25,404 nt of DNA. Origin: a virus. How positions within the stretch are numbered: the first letter of the stretch is position 1; every line of letters begins with the position of its first letter. A model generated the notes under the pieces. That model was not told the origin of the DNA. It did no database searches and worked only from the letters and a program-made list of their open reading frames with translations. Location: positions 166,013 through 191,416 of the IMG/VR virus record IMGVR_UViG_3300033273_000550; one strand, written 5' to 3'. The position numbers were made by a program, and so were the translations under genes. Below are positions 1-8,806 of this stretch, piece by piece.

Positions 1-1
1 G

Positions 2-706
2 ATGAAAGACCCTAAAGTTAAAGCTATTTTATGTGCTCATTATAGCAGTAGGTTTTTCGCAGAACATTATACTAGAAATAATAGTTTCGAATATGCTAAT
101 AAAGTTAAACCGTTTATCTTTGGGTTTTTCCACGAATTTGATGTAGATACCTACAGAGAGGTAAGAGATAATACTGAAAAACTTAATCCTAACTTATTTT
201 TTAAAGGAGGAGGAGTTTCATTAGAAAGTTATAGATCTGTTGTCTATCATCTAATGAAAAAAGGTATGTTAGAATCTCATAGCGTACCTCATCCTACTTA
301 TCTTGAGTTATTAGCTAAGCAAGGTATAGCCTTTTCTCATTATCTTGACCTTAATCTCTTTAGATCAGCAACCGAAAATTGTGGAGAACTATGCTACAGA
401 GATATGGAGATGATGTCTATAGGTGTACCTTATATTAGAGTTGAATATAAAAGTGAGTTACATGAAGCATTTTTACCTAACTACCATTATATATGTGTTC
501 CTAGAGAAGATGCTTTCCTAGCTTTTGAAGAAGGAGGAGATGAAGCAGTAGCAGATTTAGTAATAAAGAAATACAATGAAGTAAAAGACAATAAACCATT
601 TCTTGAGTTTATAAGCAAAAATCAGAGAAATTGGTATGATAAAAATATGAGATTTCCTAAAAGTGCAGAACTTGTCAGGGAACTCTCAGGTATGATAAAT
701 TGGTAA
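2..706 (+). CDS. Probable glycosyltransferase-like protein, probably 5'-truncated by the window
   Basis: Open from the window start. The C-terminal CYRDMEMMSIGVP...F.PNYHYI.V segment resembles GT-B/CgeB-type glycosyltransferase tails. Neighbours are glycan genes. Confidence 0.4.
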   Translation: MKDPKVKAILCAHYSSRFFAEHYTRNNSFEYANKVKPFIFGFFHEFDVDTYREVRDNTEKLNPNLFFKGGGVSLESYRSVVYHLMKKGMLESHSVPHPTYLELLAKQGIAFSHYLDLNLFRSATENCGELCYRDMEMMSIGVPYIRVEYKSELHEAFLPNYHYICVPREDAFLAFEEGGDEAVADLVIKKYNEVKDNKPFLEFISKNQRNWYDKNMRFPKSAELVRELSGMINW

Positions 707-707
707 T

Positions 708-1328
708 ATGGGACATTTTAGAGGACATACATCTTATTATAGTGAAATTCTCAAAGGTAATTTTACTGCCCAACAGAGAGATTACGCATTTGATGTTTTA
801 GGTGAATTATTTGAAGATAAAAGACCTTCACAGGTTTTAGAAATCGGGACTTCCTTTGGGGGTACAACACAATTTATTAGAGAAAAACTTAACAGTATAG
901 AATTAGGAAATTCTGTAGTTAGATCATACGATGTTAACGAACAGAAATGGTATAATCAACAGAGAGAAACAGGAATAGATATTAGAGTGGAAAATGTTTT
1001 TTCACATTCGTATAAAGAGCTTTCAAAACCTCAAGATGTAGAAGAGTTCATAACTAGAGAAGGGACTACTATAGTTCTATGTGATGGTGGTAGTAAAGTA
1101 AATGAATTTAGATTACTTGCTCCTTTTTTAAAGACAGGAGATATTATTATGGCTCATGATTATATTGATACAAGAGAAAATTTTATAGAAAATTATTTTG
1201 ACAAAATTTGGAATTGGAGAGAGATAGGTATTGAGGATATTCAAGATGTATGTGATACTTATAATTTAGTTCCTTATATGCAAGAAAAATTTAACGAAGC
1301 AGTTTGGGCATGCAGAATAAAAACATAA
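708..1328 (+). CDS. Class I SAM-dependent methyltransferase-like protein (Methyltransf_24/CmcI-like)
   Basis: Motif I VLEIGTSFGGTT, then IVLCDGG and L..GDIIMAHD. Confidence 0.7.
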   Translation: MGHFRGHTSYYSEILKGNFTAQQRDYAFDVLGELFEDKRPSQVLEIGTSFGGTTQFIREKLNSIELGNSVVRSYDVNEQKWYNQQRETGIDIRVENVFSHSYKELSKPQDVEEFITREGTTIVLCDGGSKVNEFRLLAPFLKTGDIIMAHDYIDTRENFIENYFDKIWNWREIGIEDIQDVCDTYNLVPYMQEKFNEAVWACRIKT

Positions 1329-2977
1329 CAATAGTAACTGGATTATGGGACCTTGGTAGAGGTGATTTAGAAGGATGGTCAAAAAGATCTTTTGAGACCT
1401 ACAAAACTCACTTTTTTAAGTTACTTGAAACCGATGCTCAATTTTGTATCTTTATTCCAAAAGAACTTGAAGAAGAAGTTCGAGAAATAAGAGGAGATAA
1501 ACCCACAGCAATTTATATCAAAGAACTTAAAGATATAGAAACTTGGAATCCTTTTTTTAATGAGATACAAAAGATAAGAGAAGACGAAAAATGGAGCACA
1601 TCGGTAGGATGGCTAACCGATTCTCCCCAGGCAAAATTAAAGTACTATAATGCTTTAATGATGTGTAAGATGTTTATGGTGAATGATGCCTCTGTTTATA
1701 ATCCTTTTAAATCTGAATACTTTTATTGGATAGATGGTGGACTTACTTCTACTGTAAATCCTGGTTACTTTATAAATGATAAAGTTTTAGATAACTTAGA
1801 AAATTACTCAAGAAGTATAGAGAAGTTTACCTTCTTACAATACCCTTATGAAGGAAACACTGAAGTACATGGATTTGAAAGGAAAAAATTAGCTCAATTT
1901 TGTGATACTGAATATGTAAATAAGATCTCAAGAGGAGGTTTTTTTGGGGGTCATAAAGAAATATTAAGCCAATTAAATGGACATTATTATAATTTTTTAT
2001 CTAGCACTTTAACCCAAGGTTATATGGGTGCTGATGAATGTTTATTCACTATCTTATCGTACAGGTATCCAGAACTGATTCATAATTTTGCTTTAGAAGG
2101 TAACGGTTTAGTTTTTCCTTTTTTTGAAAACTTAAAACAGTACGATAAAGTTCGTAATGATTTACAGAAAGACACTGTTCTATATGTAATCACTTATAAT
2201 TCACCAAAGCAGTTTGAAACTATTATAGAGTCTTTTAAACAATACGACCCAGATCTGTTAAAATTAACGGATAAGGTCTTATTAGATAATTCTATGGACC
2301 CTACAACTTTTGATAGATATAAAGAACTATGTGAAGAATACGATTTTAAACATATCAAGAAAGATAATATAGGTATATGCGGAGGAAGACAGTTTATTGC
2401 TGAACATTTTGATAAGGAAACTAACGGAAAGCAGTACTTATTTTTTGAAGATGATATGTTTTTCTATAACGGTAAAGAAACTACTTGTAGAAACGGTTTT
2501 AACCGAAAGGTAAAAAATATACTAAATAAATCTATTCAAATATTAAACAGAGAAAATTTTGATTTTCTAAAGTATAATTTTTCGGAATTTTACGGTGAGC
2601 ACTCAAAACAATGGGCTTGGTATAATGTACCTCAAAATTTAAGAGATAAGTTCTGGCCTGATTACAACAAACTACCAGAAAGAGGTTTAGATCCTCACTC
2701 TCCGTTTTTAGAGTTTAGTAATATAAAAATTTATAAAAGAATACCTTATATTACCGGTGAGATTTACTACTCTAACTGGCCTCAGCTAGTATCTAGAGCA
2801 GGAAATAGAAAAATGTTTCTAGAAACTAAATGGGATAGACCGTTTGAACAGACATGGATGAGTCATTTTTTCCAGCTTACAAAAGAAAAAAAACTCAAAC
2901 CCGGATTATTATTAATTACCCCTACAGAACATGATAGATTTGATTTTTATCCTGCTGAAGAAAGAAGAGAGAATTAG
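1310..2977 (+). CDS. Two-domain glycosyltransferase: HtrL/WlaTC-like N-terminal domain plus GT-A (GT2-like) C-terminal domain
   Basis: N-terminal ITIVTGLWDLGR and YFYWIDGG are HtrL-like. C-terminal LYVITYNS and LFFEDDMFF give a DxD-type acidic motif. ATG 1310 preferred over TTG 1304. Confidence 0.65.
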   Translation: MQNKNITIVTGLWDLGRGDLEGWSKRSFETYKTHFFKLLETDAQFCIFIPKELEEEVREIRGDKPTAIYIKELKDIETWNPFFNEIQKIREDEKWSTSVGWLTDSPQAKLKYYNALMMCKMFMVNDASVYNPFKSEYFYWIDGGLTSTVNPGYFINDKVLDNLENYSRSIEKFTFLQYPYEGNTEVHGFERKKLAQFCDTEYVNKISRGGFFGGHKEILSQLNGHYYNFLSSTLTQGYMGADECLFTILSYRYPELIHNFALEGNGLVFPFFENLKQYDKVRNDLQKDTVLYVITYNSPKQFETIIESFKQYDPDLLKLTDKVLLDNSMDPTTFDRYKELCEEYDFKHIKKDNIGICGGRQFIAEHFDKETNGKQYLFFEDDMFFYNGKETTCRNGFNRKVKNILNKSIQILNRENFDFLKYNFSEFYGEHSKQWAWYNVPQNLRDKFWPDYNKLPERGLDPHSPFLEFSNIKIYKRIPYITGEIYYSNWPQLVSRAGNRKMFLETKWDRPFEQTWMSHFFQLTKEKKLKPGLLLITPTEHDRFDFYPAEERREN

Positions 2978-3006
2978 TTGCAAATAAGATAAATTATTAC
3001 TATATT
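2978..3006 (+). promoter_or_regulatory. Putative promoter TTGCAA-17-TATATT; near-leaderless transcript for thioredoxin
   Basis: TTGCAA 2978-2983, 17-nt spacer, TATATT 3001-3006, ATG at 3013. The same motif recurs at other gene boundaries. Confidence 0.7.
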
Positions 3007-3012
3007 GATATT

Positions 3013-3273
3013 ATGAAAGAAATTATTAAATTTTATGCAGAATGGTGCGGACCATGCAGAATGTATAATCCTATTTGGGATGAGTTTAAAAGAGAAAACG
3101 AAGGTAAAGCTAGTTTTATAGAAGTAGATATAGACAAAGATACTACTGGATTAGCTGCTAAATTTAAAGTAAGAAATATACCTTCTACAGTGGTTGTAGA
3201 AAGTAATGGAGACTTTAAAAAAGAAGTAGGTTTATTGAATTACAGTAAACTTAAAGAATTAACCAATTTATAG
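3013..3273 (+). CDS. trxA: Thioredoxin
   Basis: FYAEWCGPC active site, EVDID, and V.NIP cis-Pro motif. Confidence 0.93.
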   Translation: MKEIIKFYAEWCGPCRMYNPIWDEFKRENEGKASFIEVDIDKDTTGLAAKFKVRNIPSTVVVESNGDFKKEVGLLNYSKLKELTNL

Positions 3274-3275
3274 TT

Positions 3276-3590
3276 ATGTTAAGAAAACCAAATTCTATCC
3301 CTAAAGGGGATACCATTATCGAAGACCCAGCAATTGAACCTTATTTTTTAGTTAAGTCAAGAGTTGGAGGATATGTTCTCTATAAAAGAGTAACAAGAGG
3401 TGCTAATAACACAGAATACATTCAAACAATTTGCTACCCAGGTAATTTTCAACATGCATTGAGATTATTAGGAGAGGAGATGTTGAATAATGGAGAAAAA
3501 GTTGTATATAGTAGCTTAAAAAACTATATTAAAGAATATAATAAAATTGAAGAAAGAATAACTTCAATAAAGGATCAGCCTATATCCTAA
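3276..3590 (+). CDS. Hypothetical protein
   Basis: 104-aa ORF packed between trx and queC with typical codon usage; no motif recognised. Confidence 0.75.
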   Translation: MLRKPNSIPKGDTIIEDPAIEPYFLVKSRVGGYVLYKRVTRGANNTEYIQTICYPGNFQHALRLLGEEMLNNGEKVVYSSLKNYIKEYNKIEERITSIKDQPIS

Positions 3591-3622
3591 TAATACCTGG
3601 CAAATTTAATTATTTTTTTATT

Positions 3623-4474
3623 ATGGCTAAAAATGCTGTTTTATCATTAAGTGGAGGAATGGATTCTTCTACATTATTACTACACCTACTTAGAGAGGGG
3701 TATAATGTTACTGCCTTATCGTTTGATTATGGGCAGAAGCATAGAGTAGAGCTAGAAAGAGCTCAACAACTAGTTGATTACGTTAACTCAAAAAGCGTAC
3801 AGCTAGTAGATTACGATTCTTCGCAAGAACAAGCGATTGCAGAACCGAAATTTAATAAGGTTACTTACCAAGTTATTAAGATTGACGGTATTACCTCATT
3901 ACTAAACTCAGCTCTAGTTGAAGGAGGTAGTGATGTACCAGAAGGTCATTACGAGGAAGAAAATATGAAGGATACTGTTGTTCCTAACAGAAATAAAATC
4001 TTCTCTTCTCTTACTCAAGCTGTAGCACTATCTATTGCAAATAAAACTCAAGAAGACACGTTTATTTCCTTGGGAATTCATGCAGGAGATCACGCTATTT
4101 ATCCTGATTGTAGACAAGAATTTAGAGATGCTGATATGGAAGCGTTTCAAGTAGGTAACTGGGATGCAGATAGAGTTAAATTTTATACTCCTTATTTAGA
4201 TACCGATAAATTTGGTATTTTAAAAGATGGAGAGGTTAGCTGTGAAGAGTTAGGCTTAGACTTTAATGAAGTATATGCTAAGACTAATACTTCTTATAAA
4301 CCTTACCCTTCTGGTAACTCAGATTATAAATCAGCATCTTCAGTAGAAAGAATTGAGGCATTTATTTCTCTTGGAAGACCTGATCCGGTTCAATATGAAG
4401 ATGAAACTGGTCCTGTAGATTACGAAGTAGCTAAGTCACACGTAGAAAAGCTATTAGCTGAATACGCAAAATGA
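3623..4474 (+). CDS. queC: 7-cyano-7-deazaguanine synthase (QueC), variant without the C-terminal Zn-binding cysteines
   Basis: PP-loop SLSGGMDSSTLL, FDYGQKH..EL, TVVPNRN and HAGDHAIYPDCRQEF. Confidence 0.95.
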   Translation: MAKNAVLSLSGGMDSSTLLLHLLREGYNVTALSFDYGQKHRVELERAQQLVDYVNSKSVQLVDYDSSQEQAIAEPKFNKVTYQVIKIDGITSLLNSALVEGGSDVPEGHYEEENMKDTVVPNRNKIFSSLTQAVALSIANKTQEDTFISLGIHAGDHAIYPDCRQEFRDADMEAFQVGNWDADRVKFYTPYLDTDKFGILKDGEVSCEELGLDFNEVYAKTNTSYKPYPSGNSDYKSASSVERIEAFISLGRPDPVQYEDETGPVDYEVAKSHVEKLLAEYAK

Positions 4475-4905
4475 TTTACTGGTTCACAGGCCAACCAGGT
4501 GCTGGTAAAACAGTACTTGCAGATAAGTTAAAATCGCATCTTCCAGATGCATATCGAATTGATGGAGATGATATGAGAGAATTATTCTCTAATAAAGATT
4601 ACTCCATTAAAGGTAGAGTAGAAAACGTGGGTACTGCACAACGCATTGCCCACTATCTACATAACAATGGTAAAGATGTAATAGTTTCTTTAGTTTCTCC
4701 TTATATAGATCAAAGAGAAGATTTTAAAAAATTATTAGGAGACGATATAAAGGAAATTTACGTCCATACAGAAGATATTAGAGGAAGAGAGAATTATTTT
4801 GCTCAGGCTTATTTACCACCAAAAGAAAATTTTATTGACATAGATACTTCTTATGACTCTCCTCTTGAATCTTTTATTAAACTTCTTAAACAATTAAACC
4901 TATAA
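4471..4905 (+). CDS. cysC: Adenylylsulfate (APS) kinase
   Basis: WFTGQPGAGKT P-loop, IDGDDMR, DYS..GR.EN and VIVSLVSPY. Confidence 0.85.
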   Translation: MIYWFTGQPGAGKTVLADKLKSHLPDAYRIDGDDMRELFSNKDYSIKGRVENVGTAQRIAHYLHNNGKDVIVSLVSPYIDQREDFKKLLGDDIKEIYVHTEDIRGRENYFAQAYLPPKENFIDIDTSYDSPLESFIKLLKQLNL

Positions 4906-5243
4906 TGGAAAAGAAAAATACATACTTTGTAGATATCGACGGAACCATTTTTGTTTATAGAAAGTTTGAAACATATAAAAACTCAGAAGCTCAAGTAATT
5001 AAAAGTACTAAGCAGTTTTTGCAACAGAAGAAAGATGAGGGTCACTGTATTATATTAACAACTGCTAGACCAGATTATTTAAGATTACATACTGAATATG
5101 AATTAGAAGTTAATAATATTCCGTATGACCAATTAGTAATGGAAATAGAAAGAGGACCGAGATATTTAATTAATGACTTGTCTCCTCATGAACCTGGCGA
5201 TAGAGCAATAGCAATTAATTTAGAAAGAGATAAAGGTATATGA
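4905..5243 (+). CDS. Small capless HAD-superfamily phosphatase
   Basis: Motif I FVDIDGTI, motif II TTARP, C-terminal LIND. Confidence 0.8.
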   Translation: MEKKNTYFVDIDGTIFVYRKFETYKNSEAQVIKSTKQFLQQKKDEGHCIILTTARPDYLRLHTEYELEVNNIPYDQLVMEIERGPRYLINDLSPHEPGDRAIAINLERDKGI

Positions 5244-5593
5244 AAAAGTATTCAATGTTTATTGGTAGATGGCAACCTTGGCACGACGGACATAGATGGT
5301 TGATTGATCAGAGATTAAAAGAAGGTAAAAAGGTTTGGATAGCTATTCGTAATGTCGAACCTAATGAGAATCAACCTTGGACTCCTCATGAGGTTTTAAT
5401 GAATTTACAAGAAGAGTTGAATGATTTAATTCAAGAAGGTAAAATATTTATATCTATAGTCCCTGATATTGAGTCGATCAATTACGGTAGAGGAGTAGGT
5501 TATGATATCATAGAACACATCCCACCAAAAGAAATCGGAGAAATCTCAGCTACTTCTATTAGAAAACAGATGAAAAAAGATGGTAAGTTATAA
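5240..5593 (+). CDS. HxGH-family nucleotidyltransferase (cytidylyltransferase-like); candidate minimal ATP sulfurylase
   Basis: FIGRWQPWHDGH and C-terminal ISATSIR. Lies two genes downstream of cysC. Confidence 0.8.
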   Translation: MKKYSMFIGRWQPWHDGHRWLIDQRLKEGKKVWIAIRNVEPNENQPWTPHEVLMNLQEELNDLIQEGKIFISIVPDIESINYGRGVGYDIIEHIPPKEIGEISATSIRKQMKKDGKL

Positions 5594-5595
5594 AA

Positions 5596-6102
5596 ATGAT
5601 AGCCACGTTTGACAAATTTTTACTATCTGATAAAATATGTAAAAAAATAATATCAGAATATAAAGATAAAGTTTCTTTAATAGAAATGGTCAATGTTAGA
5701 AGGCAGAAAAATTATCATGAGTATGACGGAACTAGTTGGGTACATGAAGTTGTATCTGATTTGATTTGTAAAAATTTAGGCAGTCAGTACAAGTTATTAG
5801 AACGAGTTACTATTTTAAGATATGATATTAGTGATTATTTTATTGAGCATGTAGATGGTCCTAGTAATACAAAAATGAGAAATGATTTGTCATATCATTT
5901 TTACGGTGGTGTTGAGTTATCTGAAAAATCTGACTTTGACGGCGGAGAATTTTTTATAAAAAAGAAAAAAGTGGATTATAAAAAAGGAAGAATATTTACC
6001 CATGGATTTTCAGACCCACATAGTGTGAGTAAAATAACTAGAGGTACACGATGGAGTATTCATTTTTTAATTTTAAAAGAATATCAAAATGGTATCATAT
6101 AA
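5596..6102 (+). CDS. 2OG-Fe(II) oxygenase (prolyl-hydroxylase-like fold)
   Basis: HVD iron ligand motif, DFDGGEF, and distal H.V.KITRGTRWS. Confidence 0.85.
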   Translation: MIATFDKFLLSDKICKKIISEYKDKVSLIEMVNVRRQKNYHEYDGTSWVHEVVSDLICKNLGSQYKLLERVTILRYDISDYFIEHVDGPSNTKMRNDLSYHFYGGVELSEKSDFDGGEFFIKKKKVDYKKGRIFTHGFSDPHSVSKITRGTRWSIHFLILKEYQNGII

Positions 6103-6295
6103 AAGACACATAGCAAAAACAATTTCCTGGAGAATTCTAGGTACGTTAGATACTTTTATATTATCTTGGGTACTGACAGGGAATGTAAAGATAGGTGCTG
6201 CAATCGGCGGTGCTGAAGTTTTAACAAAAACTATATTATATTTTGTTCATGAAAGAGCATGGTATAAGTTTTCAAAATTTGGTTTAGATAAATGA
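6089..6295 (+). CDS. DUF2061 small membrane protein
   Basis: RHIAKTISWRILGTLDT...LTG...EVLTK..LYFVHERAW signature. Confidence 0.88.
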   Translation: MVSYKRHIAKTISWRILGTLDTFILSWVLTGNVKIGAAIGGAEVLTKTILYFVHERAWYKFSKFGLDK

Positions 6296-7971
6296 TCCAA
6301 TTAGGAATATCAGCTTTTTACCATGATTCTGCTGCCTGTTTAGTAGTAGACGGAAAAGTATTATTAGGTGCTGAAGAAGAGAGATTCACAGAAATTAAAC
6401 ATGATCATAGCTTTCCTGTTAATGCTATCTTATATGTACTAAGAGAATCAGGAATCCAAGATATCAATCAAATTGATGAGATTTGTTGGTACGAAATTCC
6501 GGAAGTTAAAAAAAATAGAGTTCTTAAAACTTTTAATAAGAACTTTTTTAAAACATTTAAAAATAGATTAAGATTTTTAAGAGACTATCATTTTAAAAGC
6601 CCAGCTAAATTATTAAAGAAGCATTTTAACTACACTGGTGACATAACATATGTAGATCATCACTTATCACATGCCGGTTTTTCATACTATACCAGCAAAT
6701 ATGAAAACGCTGCTATCTTATCTGTGGATGGAGTAGGAGAGTGGGAGACTGTTTCTATTTACCATGCAAAAGGTGAAGAATTATGGCAGAAGCATAGTTT
6801 TGTTTTTCCTAACTCTCTTGGGATGTTATACTCTACTGTTACTTCATTTTTAGGGTTTAAACCTAACGAAGGAGAATACAAAGTTATGGGATTAGCACCA
6901 TTCGGTGACCCAGAAAAATACTACGGTAAATTATCTAAAATTTTTACTCAAGAGTATCTAGAAATAGACCAAAAATACTTTACATGGGAATATTCTGATA
7001 GAATAATGTTTAATATGGAATTTTGTAAGCTTCTAGGATTGGCACCAAGGTTTAGTGAAGAGCCGATTGAACAAGAACATAAAGATTTAGCAGCTGCATT
7101 ACAAAAAATATATGAAAGAGAGTTTGAAAAATTAGTTATTCTTGCTAAGAATTATACCTCGACAGATAATATATGTTTAAGCGGAGGTTGTGCGTATAAT
7201 GGTGTAGCAAATAAATTAGCCTACAAACATTTTAAATCAGTACACATACCTTACGCACCATCTGATGCTGGATCTGCTATAGGTGCTTGTTTAGTTAGTA
7301 GAGCAGGTAAGAAAGAATCCTTTAATGTTACTCCATATTTAGGACCAAGAGTAAAAGATAGTGACTTTTTACCTATATTAAGTGATTATAAGGATAAATT
7401 AAGCTGGCAAGAGCTTAAGTTTACTGAGCTTACAGCTCAAGTAGCTAAACTATTAGATGAACAGAATATAGTAGCTTGGGTGCAAGGTAGGATGGAGTTC
7501 GGCGCAAGAGCGTTGGGTAACCGCTCTATATTAGCTTCTCCAAAAAATGCTTCGATGAGAGATAAGTTAAATAGGGTAATTAAAAAACGAGAAGGCTTTA
7601 GACCATTTGCTCCTTCTGTTACTCTAGAAACAGCATTTAAACATTTTAATATAGAAGAGCCTGTACCTTATATGAATATAGTAGTTACAGCTAAGGATGA
7701 TGACGGGTTTGCAAGATTTACTCGATTTCCTGCTGCTACTCATATCGACGGTACCTGCAGAGTTCAAACAGTAACACCAGAAATGAATAGTAGATACCAT
7801 CAACTGTTAAAGGCAGTTGGAAGACAGACCGGTGATGAAGTATTATTAAATACCTCATTTAATCTTAAAGATCAGACTATAACGGTCTCTGGTGAACAAG
7901 CAATCAAAAGATATTTAGATTCAGACATTGATTATTTGGTTATCAATAATTATTTAATTTCAAAGAGATGA
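6292..7971 (+). CDS. Carbamoyltransferase (NodU/CmcH/TobZ family)
   Basis: GISAFYHDSAA, EEERF, HHLSHA, DGVGE, EYKVMGLA, GRMEFGARALGNRSILA, KKREGFRPFAPS and LNTSFN. Confidence 0.95.
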   Translation: MIQLGISAFYHDSAACLVVDGKVLLGAEEERFTEIKHDHSFPVNAILYVLRESGIQDINQIDEICWYEIPEVKKNRVLKTFNKNFFKTFKNRLRFLRDYHFKSPAKLLKKHFNYTGDITYVDHHLSHAGFSYYTSKYENAAILSVDGVGEWETVSIYHAKGEELWQKHSFVFPNSLGMLYSTVTSFLGFKPNEGEYKVMGLAPFGDPEKYYGKLSKIFTQEYLEIDQKYFTWEYSDRIMFNMEFCKLLGLAPRFSEEPIEQEHKDLAAALQKIYEREFEKLVILAKNYTSTDNICLSGGCAYNGVANKLAYKHFKSVHIPYAPSDAGSAIGACLVSRAGKKESFNVTPYLGPRVKDSDFLPILSDYKDKLSWQELKFTELTAQVAKLLDEQNIVAWVQGRMEFGARALGNRSILASPKNASMRDKLNRVIKKREGFRPFAPSVTLETAFKHFNIEEPVPYMNIVVTAKDDDGFARFTRFPAATHIDGTCRVQTVTPEMNSRYHQLLKAVGRQTGDEVLLNTSFNLKDQTITVSGEQAIKRYLDSDIDYLVINNYLISKR

Positions 7972-8087
7972 GCAAAGAAGAGAAAAAAGAAAAACTTTCT
8001 AAAGAAGAACTAGAAAGAGAGAAAAAATTTCAAGAAAAATTAAAAGAACTTAAAAAAAGAGATCCTTTTGTCTACAAAAACTTCTAA
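7968..8087 (+). CDS. 39-aa charged peptide ending KKRDPFVYKNF (not in the ORF track)
   Basis: ATGA overlap with the carbamoyltransferase stop. Translation MSKEEKKEKLSKEELEREKKFQEKLKELKKRDPFVYKNF, TAA at 8085-8087. Confidence 0.75.
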   Translation: MSKEEKKEKLSKEELEREKKFQEKLKELKKRDPFVYKNF

Positions 8088-8748
8088 ATTAAAAGTTGGA
8101 TTTTTCGGTGACAGTTGGTGTGGCTGTAGCACAAAAAATAAGCAAATATACGATATATCTTGGCCTAATTTACTGACTAAGAAATTAAATGCTGAGCCAT
8201 TGTATACCTGCTTACCCGGTGGTCACTTATTTCATGCATATGAAAAATTAGAAAATCATTTAAATGAAGTAGATTATGCTATAATAGTAGTTAGTGATCC
8301 GTACAGACTACCATCTGAATATCAAATACCAGCTATGAGTGCCGGTTATGATGATGAAGTTGCAGAGAGGCTTTTAGGTAAAAGACAAGCTGATATGTTT
8401 GGTAAGTATGTAGAGTATCATTATAGATTTTTTTCAAGAAAATATTCTGGTATAGCTCAAAAAGGATTATTAAGTGAAATAGATAATATGGTGAAAGATA
8501 AGAAAGCACTTATAATTCCTGGATTTAAGTTATCTATGCAAGGGTACAAAATTACTAATGCAGCATATACAAACTGTACTTTACACTCTATTAAGAGAAA
8601 ACGTTTTGATAAAAATAAAACAATCGCAAATCATCTTAATGAAGAGGAAAATATTGTGTTAGCCAATGCTTTATATGATTTTATAACATCAGATTATAAA
8701 AAAGGTGAATTTGATTTAAAAAAGTATTTTAAATATTTGTATAATTGA
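8068..8748 (+). CDS. SGNH/GDSL hydrolase-like protein
   Basis: N-terminal GFFGDSW (block I) and C-terminal ANHLNEE.N..LA (block V-like). TTG start. Confidence 0.6.
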   Translation: MSTKTSKLKVGFFGDSWCGCSTKNKQIYDISWPNLLTKKLNAEPLYTCLPGGHLFHAYEKLENHLNEVDYAIIVVSDPYRLPSEYQIPAMSAGYDDEVAERLLGKRQADMFGKYVEYHYRFFSRKYSGIAQKGLLSEIDNMVKDKKALIIPGFKLSMQGYKITNAAYTNCTLHSIKRKRFDKNKTIANHLNEEENIVLANALYDFITSDYKKGEFDLKKYFKYLYN

Positions 8749-8765
8749 AAATAAAAGGTTATATT
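8737..8765 (+). promoter_or_regulatory. Putative promoter TTGTAT-17-TATATT for queD-queE-ferredoxin
   Basis: TTGTAT 8737-8742, 17-nt spacer, TATATT 8760-8765. Confidence 0.7.
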
Positions 8766-8776
8766 GTATAGACAAT

Positions 8777-8804
8777 AGTGTCGTAGAACCACTTTAAAAA
8801 CACA
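8777..8804 (+). ncRNA. preQ1-I (type 2-like) riboswitch aptamer in the queD 5' UTR
   Basis: P1 AGTG(8777-80)/CACT(8790-93), loop TCGTAGAAC, tail TTAAAAACACA. This parallels the T. tengcongensis aptamer as I recall it (loop UCGCAGUAAC, tail UUAACAAAACAAG). It ends 2 nt before the ATG of a preQ1 biosynthesis gene. Confidence 0.75.
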
Positions 8805-8806
8805 TT

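Noticed and set aside
7971-8060. Purine-rich low-complexity tract resembling a repeat
   Set aside because: Explained by Lys/Glu codons of the 39-aa peptide.
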